In this document: piece by piece, positions 39,476 through 51,236 of the stretch
Position numbering within the stretch: position 1 is the first letter of the stretch
How the letters are laid out: each line of letters begins with the position of its first letter
Assembly (NCBI GenBank): GCA_040954595.2
Contig: CM082593.2
Location: 776,759 to 840,758, forward strand
Direction of reading: 5' to 3'
DNA: 64,000 bases
Source: Balanoglossus misakiensis
Taxonomy: Eukaryota; Animalia; Hemichordata
Notes under the pieces: generated by a model
Databases searched by the model: none
Told to the model about the DNA's origin: nothing
Seen by the model: only the letters and a program-made list of their open reading frames with translations
Made by a program: the position numbers and the translations under genes

Positions 39476-39838
39476 CAAACTTCCGAGACGTTTGATGTCT
39501 TTCCGGCGCAAACGCATCAATCAGTTTGATATGTTTGCCAAGTCGAAGAAATAGACCTAATTTCAGATTGTGAACAGAATGAATGCAGCCAGGGATTTAA
39601 ATAACAACGAGAAAGGCCGCAACTTGCAACTCAAAGTTGACTAAGTTTTTCCGCAATTACGTCTGAGGTCAAAGGTCAAAGTACAAACGTCACTTCCCAT
39701 TGCATGCCCGAGAATATTGCTTGGCTAGGTACACAACACGGCTGTCAGAACCTCCGCCTACTCCCAACAACTCATGGACTTGTACGCCGTTATTTCGGGC
39801 CATTCTAACCCAGACGTTGGACCCGTGAACATCCAGTT

Positions 39839-40235
39839 ATGGAGAGGAACTCAATAGTGATCTGCTTGTGTGCTTTGATCGCGTTTTGCGCGGCATGTAC
39901 GACGGACTCGGAACTCAGCATCGAGTTAAAAACCTACAGGGCTCCGGTAGTATTGGAAGGAGTTATTCAGAGGACAGACGAGAGCACAAACTCAGTGACG
40001 GTCCGTGTGAAGAAGTCATTTAGACCAGAGGAAACATTTGTTGAAGTTATTGATATCTCAGGATTTGGTACAGATGAACCATGTATCATAAATGCAGATG
40101 AACTGCAAATTGATGAAACATACATTTTTTTTATTCGCGAAGATGCGGACGATATCTTCTTCGTGGAATCAAACCCAGTTCCTTCAACGAGAGACGTAAC
40201 GCGAGCAGTTCGCAAAATTGCTTGTGACGGTTGCG
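39839..40235 (+). CDS. NRG2-like: Neuregulin-2 / type II NRG1 / Vein-like EGF-family ligand, first coding exon (signal peptide plus N-terminal domain)
   Basis: Hydrophobic signal peptide (IVICLCALIAFCAA); motifs YRAPVVLEG, YIFFI and VRKIACDGC parallel the recalled NRG2 motifs YKAPVVVEG, YIFFL and VGKILCTDC; ends at a perfect phase-1 donor G|gtaagt. Ig and EGF exons were not found in the window. Confidence 0.8.
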
Positions 40236-42377
40236 GTAAGTGAAAACTTGTGCGGGCATATGTCATCGGTACTTTTGCAAGAAATTTGCAAGTACTTGCG
40301 CTAGATGACAAATTCCTCCACGTTCAAATTTGACAGATCAATTATATTGTGTGCTGCAGACCGCGTACATGATAAACATGAGTACACGCGATTTGACCTC
40401 TAAAGCTTTATATATTGTTGGCTACTCTTCAAGAGAGCGTGCAAATACCTGTGCAGAGCGAGGTTTTGATTTGCAAATCAGATCAACACTTTTTAAAGAT
40501 ACAATCAACACCCCTACCCTGGCGAGAAACGTGTCTAAGTCATGTTCTAGTGGAGGTGTCACTCCGTTTTTCAAACTATTACGAAATAGTAAGAAATTTG
40601 CGTGGTTTGCACTTAGAGGGTTGTTGGTGTTGTTAGTAACCATGTACGTTTCGTGTGGTACTCAACTGTTGTCCATTGCAACAAACTCAAAGATCTGAAA
40701 CTGACATGATCTTCGAGCGAGTTCAGCTGGAATTGACGTTGTGCCAGACGTGTAAATGAGTGTCAGTCAGTCAAATTAATAAGTATTCACGTGGTGGCGT
40801 GCGAACGGGGTTCAAATAAGGTTGACTGAGCTCGTGTAGTGTACGTGAATCTGCCGTGTCTATTTCAGTCATGTCAATTTCACGTTACGAAATCAGCCAA
40901 CCTTTGTGAATTCTGTATCCACAACACTCCTACACATAAATAGCTTTTATTTAAACATTGTGTATTATCGAATAGCGGTAAATAATTTATGAAAGAAAAG
41001 ATTTCGGGCTCAAAATATGTAAGGTATGTGCTTTTAATTCCCGCCCCCACGCAGGCATTTTTTCCTGCTTCACCGCAGCCATCGTGGAGCGCCCAGTCAC
41101 CGTGATAGAACCACTTCAGGTTTTTCCCAGTCTCTCAGACTTCCACATTCCCCTTGACTCCAGGAAATGATACTTAAACAGTACACATGTTAAATTAATC
41201 AAGTCTCTTTTACACTGTCCTGATATAAACAGTAGTCTGCCATGCCAAATAAATAAATATATCAGAAAAAAAAAAATCAAAATTGTTGGTGATATGCCAA
41301 ACTGCTGAAGCTTCACAAATTGACCATGTCATCGCTCCAGGCACACAGCGGATATATGTAGTACAAACTGTCAAACCATGTGTATCAAGGTTGATGTTCT
41401 GTGTTCCGACTGATCATTGACTATTCTACTCAGCAGAATCATTTGTAGACATTCTAAGTAATACCCACGTCTAGCAACATTCAGTGTTTTGGCCCTTGTT
41501 GTGAGGGCTTCAAGTAGTTACAATGGGATCAGTTTGTTTTAGGGATTTATTTTACTGTTATTATCTGTTTACCTCTGTTTGATTACTCATTGTAATTACT
41601 GAAGTTACAAATTACCAAGTCAGCAACAGGACACTGCTAGACTGGTATAAGCCATTATACCAAAACAAAAATGAATACAGAAAATTTAGTGCCAGAATCA
41701 CAGTATAGGTGTTGGGTGAAGATGTTAAAAGTCCTATTTCTGGAATGTACAGAACGGAATGTTGTAATGGGGGGGGGGGGGGGGAATTTGTGCTGGATGT
41801 TTGACCCATGTCATATCACCATCTATAGATAAACTCAGGTGTGCTAGGTATAGAATTAACATTTTGTTTTTGTTTAAATTTTAGCCATTGGGTTTATCAT
41901 AGTATTGTGAATGAGTCCTGCCACACTCAATTGCCGACTGGAAGCCTAAACGAAGTTATTTGTGTTTAGTGAGAAAATAGGGTGGTTTGCTGTCTTTAGA
42001 ATATAATGGGAAGAAATAGTCTTGTGTTCTTTGACAATTCTTGCTATAAATAATCTTCTTTCACATCAAGGTTCTTAGCCATTTCAATCCTATTTCTTAT
42101 ACCTGTATGTACAGGTAGTTTAGTGACAACAATAGGGTTATAGACAGGAACCAGGGCTCATGGAGAAATTGGTTGTCTGTGGAACTATGGCAAGGCACAA
42201 GATAAAGTTGTAGGTTGCGTTGAGGAGCAGGAACAGATATTCTTTTTGAACCCCCTGTCATTTTAACCTTCAGTCTAAATGAAAAGGTCATCACAGCTTT
42301 GCCATGGCGATACAGTAGGTCAGTGACCCCTTGGACCCCTTGATAAGATGGAGGTGGGTGGTATTGATGGGTGCAGC

Positions 42378-42433
42378 GTGTGTGTGTGCGTTCATGTGTG
42401 TGTGTGACACCCAGTGTGTGTGCGTGTGTGTGT
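42378..42433. repeat. Interrupted (TG)n microsatellite
   Basis: Directly visible. Confidence 0.8.
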
Positions 42434-44586
42434 TAGAATAACCATATAATTTGCATGCTTATGTATATTTCAGTGCAAAAGCATTCTGGCAGGTATGAGA
42501 TTGCATTGATGTACCTGTGTATAGGTCACAGATGCAACTTAACCACCCCCCCCCCCCCCCCAGCAAAAGTTACTTTTCAGAATTGTTTTTTCCAATTCAA
42601 GAGTAAGCTCAATATTTTACCTATTGGCCCAATACTGTAACTGTTCCCATGGCATCACCCAATCACGGACATGATGTCGTCTGTTATGAAACGAAAATCG
42701 ATTTGAAATCTTTTTTTGTTTTGTCAACTGAATGAGTAACAGGTTTTATTCAGCAATGATACATTTGCTCTTTTGAAGGGCTCTTTTGAGTTTTGTCAAA
42801 AGAGAGAGAGAGTGGGGGGTCTAGAAAGAAATAAGCTTGGACTGCAAATTCCAAGCTTCTCTATCTGGGGAGATTTAAGTAATCGAGTGCATGGAATGCA
42901 ATGCAGTGAATGAATGCCTGGGCTAGGATTTTGTACCCAGTCAGGTTTTGTAAAGCTTCCATTCTACTGCAAACCATTGCCTTGTTCTGCAATGGTCACT
43001 TTGGATACCGTATTACATAATTTGATTGGGGAGGTCCATTTGTGACTGCTTGAGTCCCTGGGTGTGGGCCTTTTTGCAGTCCCTCTGCTCTAGAGTCTGT
43101 ATTCTTTGTGTTCATATCACCATGACATGCCTTTGTCTTGCCATCTCCTCATCTGTAATTTGATGTAAATGTGGGCTTTCCCATGTATCAGATGAGTTGG
43201 CCGTCATCTGTGCGGTTGAGGTGGCAGTTAATTCCTGCTATTGGCATTCTTTAGCTGTCCAAGTTATCCTGAAATTGGTTCCGTGAGAATGCTTACTATC
43301 CTTCAAGTTCAATTGACTGTCTGCAGTGTTCCTCATCATACTGTTTCCTGATATTAAAGGAATCAATCTGATATAAAATATTATGTGAGGGGGCCCGGGG
43401 TAACATACTTTTGGAGAGATTTTCAGAGAAATTGACGTTCTTTAAGGTTGTTCTTTAGCTTTCAGTGTATACAAAGCAATGTGTGGTGTCATTACCAAAA
43501 AACCTCAGCAACCCCAAAATGGCATTTACCACTATTTTAAGTAAATTAACAACTTAACTCCCCACCCCCTGCAGAGTTAATACAAAGTGTTTAAGCCCAT
43601 GGCCAGCTCACATTTGTAGATTGAAATGTCTCAAATTACAGTGCTTGGAGAACAATTGGATGTCCTTAAAATCTGCTTGTAGTCATAAATTTATCTGGTT
43701 TTGTAACAATGGAGTTTGTTTTATGGTTGTCCTATTGCTGTCTGGGGGTTTCTATAAAACGCTAGTCTAGACAAGTCATAACTGAACCAGGGAGTCCAAC
43801 TTGACTTCTGGTATGTGCGTAGGTGGGTATTTTCAATGACAGAGTTGTGTTGGTGTCCGCATCGGAAACAAGAGTCTTGGATTTCTGTTGCGTTTAGTCA
43901 AGAACAGTTGTGCCAGTTGAGAAATTTGGACCAACCCAAGTTTTTACAGATTAATTGATTGCCTTAGTATCTTGACTGCCTTTTGGCTTTGTAACATACC
44001 AGGTACCATCCTGCATAAAACTGTATTTCCCAGCATGCATTGTGCAGAATTGCATCTAACTTCGGTCAGGTAAAGTGAGTGCTGTAGTATTTTATTGAGG
44101 TGCCAAGTTCTGAAACTTTCTAAAGAAATGAGACAGAACATAACTAGGCGTGGGTATATGTAGTTGGATGTGGAGGGGTGTCAAGGTCAAAAAAGTTTGG
44201 CTTTCATCCGAAACTGGCCATCTTGAGTTAAATAGTTAAAACAAATTTATGCTTTGCACCTCTCTGGTTCTGTGATTTTTATTATCCTCATTAAGTTGTG
44301 AAAACTTTCTGTTGTAAACATGGTAGTGATGTTGTGGAAGGTTCCAGAACAAAGAGGGGTGTGTTTTGTCATTTGGTGTAGAAACATCAACGTCTGGTGT
44401 AAATAGCGTCAAGTCAAGCAATTTAGGTTGTCAAACAGATCAGTCTGTCTTGGCTAAGACGTAGCTGAACATACAGGCCAGGTCTGTTAAAGTTGGTCTG
44501 AAGGTGATATTGACATCAGTGGTTGTTGAATCCTATTGGCTAACCGAACCCTGGGAAACATGACAAAATGCAGCCCTACCTTTTGT

Positions 44587-44664
44587 CCCTTTCACCCCTC
44601 CCCACAGTTCCCTTGTCATAGAAAACAATGGATTTGGGTCAAACCATGGTGGTGAAAGGGTTAA
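44587..44664 (-). mobile_element. Short piggyBac-like MITE, copy 3 (inverted)
   Basis: CCCTTTCACCCC...AATGGATTTGGGTCAAACCATGGTGGTGAAAGGGGTTAA is the reverse complement of the same family. Confidence 0.65.
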
Positions 44665-46167
44665 GTAAGGTTATAAAATAACAATAACTCTGTCAGTGTA
44701 GAATTTAAAATACAGTTATTTTAAGAATTCTTTTCATAAAGATCACTATAGTTTGTGAAAGGTTCTTTGACTGAAAAATGAGTTGAGGTTATGCCCTTCT
44801 GTTTTGAAAAGTACACTCTTTTCATTAAAGGTTATCTGACCACCATTCAGGGTTGAAATGTGGGGTGTATGTAGTGTTTGTTGTATGAATGCTGATATTA
44901 CCTGGATCTCCTGTAAAGGAATTCATGTCTATCTCGTTGGAAGCAGCTTCTCCCCAAATGTGAATGTCTAAAACTTTCCTGACATAACTGTGGAATTAAA
45001 ACATGATGTATCCTTTGCTACAGTTCCATCTTTACATTCTTGGTCTGTCAATTAAGTGTAACATTGCCACGTTTTTCCTGTTAGACCTGCTGCTCCAAAA
45101 ATTGTCTTGAAGTTGCAGAAAAAATGGAGCAAAAGAGAGTAACATTTTCAGGGGGTATCTTACTTGACATCCTTGACTTTACCACTGAGCAAAGTTTTTT
45201 AAATTGTTGGAAAGAGCTGATGTGAGAGAAAAGATATTAAATCAAGATGAATGAATGTGAGGCAGATGGCAAAACAAAGCAGTGAAACACATCTCTTCAG
45301 ACTTTTCTAAAAATAACAGTGCAACCATGGTAGGAATGTACCAGTTACTGCTTTGATTATGCGTTTGTTTTCAAAGTCTCTTCGCCATCTTTGCTGGGCT
45401 GAAATAATGTCTTCGGGCAGATACAAGTGTATTTTGAGATGCCTGGTGTTCGCTACACAGTGTTGTTGTCAATGTTAATTAAAACTCTGCTGTGTGATTT
45501 TCAGAAAACGATAACATTAGGGAGGATAGTCAGTGTCAGAATTTCTCGCTGTAAGTGCATTTTAATCAAATATTTATTGATTAGACGGGGGAGGCCCGTC
45601 AGTGGGTGGTTGGTTTCTGCCAACAAGGAACCGAGATATTGAAATAATCATGAAAAGTGAAAGTGATGTGTGTAATAATTATTTGATGAAATTTCCTTTT
45701 CGATTGTCCTTCCTGTTAATGGTTGCTGACTCAATTTTCGGGAAATGCGTCACTGGTCTCTCATAAAAAAATGATATTTACTTCTTTGTAGTGCGTGTGA
45801 TTTTGCGGAAATATATGTTATTGCTTGTTTATTACTTTATTAGGTACTAAGTGAAGCGTTCAAGGAAAATTATGATATGAAAAAACAATTCCGGATGTTG
45901 TAGTGGCTTTGTTTTATATAAGAAGGTGAAGTTCATGGTCTTTGTTCTGACCTTCATCCGAATTAATTATTAACCACACCTCAATGACATCATCAGCGAA
46001 GACACTTCCTGTGACAACCGGTAGATGAAGTTGACTGGGAAAATGATTGGTAATTTCAAATCAGTATGAAAGCCCTAACTTGCAAATTTCTCCTGGGAAT
46101 AACAAGGTTCCTGCAAGAATTATTATTTCTCCGAGTACAAAACAAGTTTTACTCACAAGAGATTTGC

Positions 46168-47334
46168 TTTTTAGGGCACAAGCCAAGCAGGCTTGTGCCC
46201 TATTGGTATTACTGGGGTTTTTCATCTTTTTTTTTTTCTTGTGTAGTTTTTTTGCTCAGGTAGATCTTGAAAACGGCTGAACCTACAAATCTCAAACTTG
46301 GCACAATGGTGCAGGTCTATGAGAGCTCGTGCAGTACCCTCGTGAATGTGTAATTAGTCACATGACCTGATGACCATATATGGGCAAAGTTTTCAAATGG
46401 GCCTAATTTGCATATGAATGATGATATCAAAATTCTGTGCAATCATTTTGCGGACCATATGGTCAGTGTCCTACATGCTAAATTTCAAGGCTCTGGGCCA
46501 AGTCAATTTTGAGAAGAAGATTTTTAAATATTATATTTCATATTTTTTGGACCCAGCCATAGGCCTATACTTTCTATAGTTAAGCTATGATGCTATGTCC
46601 ACATCTGTGCAATGGTCCTGTACTGTGACTCTCTATTGGCCCGTGAGCAGAATGGGACCAAAATAAAAGGCAAAATTTTGGGCTCACCTGTAACACCTGC
46701 TTAACTCATTAATTATGTGCATACCTAATTCTGGGCTAACTAATAGGGCTAGAGGTTTTGTGCTTGTGGGACATGGACCAGTAAAGGGTAAAAAAAAATT
46801 GCCCAAATTTTGGGTGACCTCAGGTGACCTTTGACCTACTTTCCTATATCTCGGCATCCAGAGCAGGTACAGACTTGGCGTTTGGAGGGTTGGGACTAAA
46901 ATTTAAAAGCCAAAATTGAGGGTCACCTGTGACACCTGCTTATCTCATTAATTATGTGCATACCTAATTCCAGGCCAACCAATAGGACTAGAGGTTTGGT
47001 TTTTGCTGAACATGAACCAGTATGGGGTCAAAATTTCTTGCCCAAATTTTGGGTGACCTCGGGTGACCTTTGACCTACTTTACCATATCTCGGCATGCAC
47101 AGCAGCTACAGCCTTGGCATTTGGAGGGATGGAACTCCTGATGGAGCCTTACACTTTACCTCATTAATTATGCACATACATAATTGTAGGCGAACCAATA
47201 GGCTAGAGATTTTGTTCTTGTGGGACACGGACCAGTATGGGGTCAAAATTTCTTGCCCAAATTTTGGGTGACCACTTATGACCTTTGACCTTCGGCTTAA
47301 GCTTGGGCCCGCCATCGCTGCTTGCAGCTATATT
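46168..47334 (+). mobile_element. Non-autonomous Helentron/DINE-like element with internal tandem repeats
   Basis: 5' hairpin AGGGCACAAGC-CAAGCAG-GCTTGTGCCCT followed by a T-rich tract; about three diverged 215-240-bp internal units (CTCATTAATTATG at about 46705, 46944, 47160); 3' sub-terminal GCTTGGGCCC and GCTGC-TT-GCAGC hairpin; T-rich flanks. Confidence 0.7.
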
Positions 47335-50300
47335 TGCTTTTCATTTTTGGAAATTGAACAAGAAAATGTTATTACTCATGAAAAGCTCATTAGCACTATA
47401 GTCTATTGATGTTAATAGGGCCCTGTGTTTGTTTAAAAGTAAGGCAATAGGCAATAAGGCAATGACTTGTCGACAAACGTGTTTGCTCAAAAATTATTCA
47501 GTATCATGGTGAAATTTAATTCATTCTTGCGGCAATCGATTTTTAAAGACAGGAAATTAAAATTAAAGGTTGGATGGTTGCAACAAAAGGCAAAAGACTG
47601 CGTCGAGGGACCTTGTATTAAATTCCCAAATCTTATTTGCTGCAGGGTCTCGAGTTGAGGTTAGCAGTGTGAAGTCAATATTGTGTGGTCTTTTACTGGC
47701 CACCAGCTGAAGACCGATTTCTTCATTTGCATGTAAATTTCTACGGGCGCAATATACAGTGGTGTCACTTTTAAGTCATCTAGGCAATGTGTGGGCTTAG
47801 TCATAAGTTTCTCTTCTAAACCTTGTTTACGAAGAAATATTGGAGTGTTGGTTTGTTTAATCATCACAGAATTGTGACTGTCAAGGTCACATCCCACTCT
47901 GTATGTCCTGTCATCCACAATTCGGTTCTGTCATCTCTCAGTGTAGCTCTGGACTTATACGCTGTTTGGGTCTCTTGATCAAATTTGTCCGCAACTTGGA
48001 CTGTTGGAATCAGCTTTCCCAGACGAGCCCTCTGACACTCATATCACTGGAAATTTACTTTCCCCAAGTGGTGTAAAGTTCATAGGTTCAAATAATAAAC
48101 ACACCACATTATAACTCTTTAAGGAGCCAACGCTATAACATGATAGTATTATTAAATCTCTGAAATATGTGTTCTATCCCCCATGGGTCACCTAGCTATG
48201 TGTGTGCCCCCATTCTGAAGGTCACACTTCATGATTTTTGATGGAATAAACTGATATTATTATTGCAGGGATAATGGCCCCTCTTTCGTACTCTATTGGT
48301 GACCCTTGGTGATCAGTAGTGTCCATCACTGCCATTCTTCATTTGAAAACTTCCCCTTGTCACGTTTCAGACATATATTAATGGTCTGGTGACGTGCAAC
48401 AGAATGGCACTTCAGATGTTCAGGGGCTGGGTATAGTTATCATTCAGTAGCTGCTTGGATTGCGGTCATGGTATCTGTATTTGTCCTATCTGTCGTCTGA
48501 TGTAGGAGGGGGACAGTGAACTTTGACAAATGGCCACTGCACATCCCAGGGTTCACTTGCCACTGTCCATCGTGGGCACCAGTGGTACATTTAGTGGATG
48601 CATTCTTGCAAGTTTTAGCGAGAGTTAAAACTATTGTGTCTTAGGGGACACAGTGGTTGTATCTTTTTAGAATTCCTCCTGATTAAAACGAACTCTGATT
48701 CTCCCGCAGAAGTTAGGTATGGCTACTTGCCTCTGAGGTATGTCAGGTTCCTCTCATTGCAAAGATGACATTTCTTGATTTTCCACATGTAAAATTCATG
48801 GAATGCCACAAGACTGAAATAATCCAATACTTGGCCAGGTTTTTTTTGTTTCAAGGAAATCCACAGGAGTACAGAACTGTTTTCTTTAGTATCCTACTAA
48901 TCCTAGTAAATGGAGAAATGACATTTGTCTTTCTCAAGTCATCCATACTGGTCAGCTCCTTTTTTGCCATGGAATTCTGGACGGTTCAAGGAATGATTAA
49001 CAGGTGACCATGTCATTAAAGCCAATGTATTCATCAATTAGAGCATCTACATTGTTGTCTAAATTATCTTCATTAACTTCTTGACAATTACCCCAATATC
49101 AATAGCCTTTGGTCTTTGCCGATTCCTCCCTGGCCTTCCCCCCTCCTTTAGTCTGAAATGGAAAGACAACCCTCTTATTAAACGGACAACACTATCCAAA
49201 TTTAGAGTCCGAAAATTGATTTTTTTTTCACAGAGATTTTAATGAACCTGATAGTCTTGATTCTTAACTGGAAGGACTGTTTTAATTTTGGGGGTTGTTC
49301 TTGCGAGACAAATCCTTAAAAGGTGCCCGCGATGACTTCATGCATTCAATTACAGGATTTGTTGACTTTGTGACTCCCCGGCATTTTCAACGACTAATCC
49401 AATTGACTAAAGACAAAACATAGAGAGAGTGCGGTATTCTTAATTAAAGTCTTAATCTCTTTACTGTCTTGATTTTTTTTGTCAATCTCTGAGCGTCTGG
49501 ACTGATTCTGATTCCTGAAAACCAAGCGGTGCCTTGTCAGATTTTAAAAGTGGACTGTAATAAGTCCTCCTGTTCTATGTTCTTTTAACCTTTCTTTGTT
49601 TCCATGGCAATGGCTGAATGCAGCAAATCTTTGTGCCCTTTGGGTGACCAGTTCCAGTTTTTGTCCAGGTATACATGCATGGTTGGTTTCTTCCATTAGC
49701 GGTGTACACACTGTGACCTTCTGAACAGGAGGAAGCCTGTCTTGAGGACGGCCACTTACTTTTGGGTAGGATATCACAAGTTGAAATGTTAGTGTGTTTG
49801 TTCCGGCATCACAAGCTTATCTCCACATCAACGTTGTGTTTCAAAAGTTCGGGCGATGAACAGATCTGTGTAAAACATACACAAGTAGTTAAGGTAGCAC
49901 TCATCAATGTTGTAATGCAACACATTCAAATACTTAACCATGTTTTGTATTTGCTGCTATCGTAACTGGCTACAGTGTCTCTGATTGAAAATTGAAAGCC
50001 ACTAGAATGATTCCTATTGGACGGCACAACTAAGAGTGTTGCAAGACCGAGCGCTGAGATTGCATACCATTGATGAACTTGTAGGAGTTAATCAAGGCGT
50101 AGTACATGTATGTGTCTGTGACCACGTAACAGTGAGTCATTCAGACAATGGCCCAGCTTCTTCTCTTGTTTCTTAGTGACTTGATTTAATACAGTTGAGT
50201 TGGTTGAAAGAGAATGGCCAAATAAAGAGACCATTCCTTTTGTGTCTCAGAAACTCTTGAGTGTCTTCCAGGGAGATTCTATACCACTGCTACAAACAAC

Positions 50301-51168
50301 GCAACCCTCATTAGTTGAAGAAAGACAGTTTGATCTGAGGTGTAGTTGAAAAACATTCCCACCATTCCATTATTTAATGTACGTTTCCCCCGTTGTAGTG
50401 CTCAAGGTTTTTTTTCACTTTCACGTTGTGGTCGAAAAGTTTTTTATCATTTTACTGACAAGTTTTGATTTGCCTGTTGGTTAAAAAAATGACCATAGTT
50501 AATCGAGGGTTTGGTGAGAACTGTTCAAGATGGTAAATCTATCTGCTCTCATTTGTAGGTCAGTTTTACAAGAGTTCCAGAATGACTGTCCCCACATATA
50601 CATGAGGTGTCAAGTAATGCTCTGAAGATTAAGACAGTTTAATAAGATTACCCAAACTTAGACAAAAACCCAAACAAATCTCGGTGTCCTGATTTGCTCA
50701 AAAGAGGAATATGTGTGAAAGATTCTTGATAGCTGACGTTTTTCGCAACTGAGTAATTATCATGTTGAATCATGTATGGTACACCAAACACACAGAGACC
50801 ATTTCATTAGTTGAAAGGAATACTCGATACTGTGAATGCAATGGTTAATTTAACTCGGTGGAGAATTGGTAAATTTTTCGTAACTTTGGTGAATAGATAG
50901 CCTTTAGTCCAAAGATTATAGGATTTTCCTCTTGGCTGGTCTTGTAACAGTATTAGATCTACCATGCATGCTAAATGCCAGGAGGTGGTGTTGTGTGTGT
51001 GTCAGGTCTAGTAACTGTCTGTAGATTGTCGTGTTCTGAAGATGAGTTACTTCTGGATGCCTGCACCGTCTAACTTTGGACTCACACAATCTTTCAGTCT
51101 TTTTCAAACTCTTTTTTATCATGTGTGTGGCTTGCAATTGTCTTCTGAGTTCGAAAAGTCCTTGGGCA

Positions 51169-51236
51169 TGTACTCACCGTCATCAACTAGAGTGTACTTA
51201 CCATCATCGACTAGAGTGTGCTCAGTGTCATCAGCC
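51169..51236. repeat. 24-bp minisatellite, about 2.7 copies
   Basis: TGTACTCACCGTCATCAACTAGAG / TGTACTTACCATCATCGACTAGAG / TGTGCTCAGTGTCATCAGC. Confidence 0.8.

Noticed and set aside
39967-40698. Antisense 114-aa ORF and intronic 122-aa ORF near the NRG exon
   Set aside because: Shadow or chance ORFs with non-ATG starts and no recognisable motifs.
46670-47290. Regularly spaced repeats resembling an array
   Set aside because: Whole units are repeated with no unique spacers; internal transposon tandem repeats, not CRISPR.
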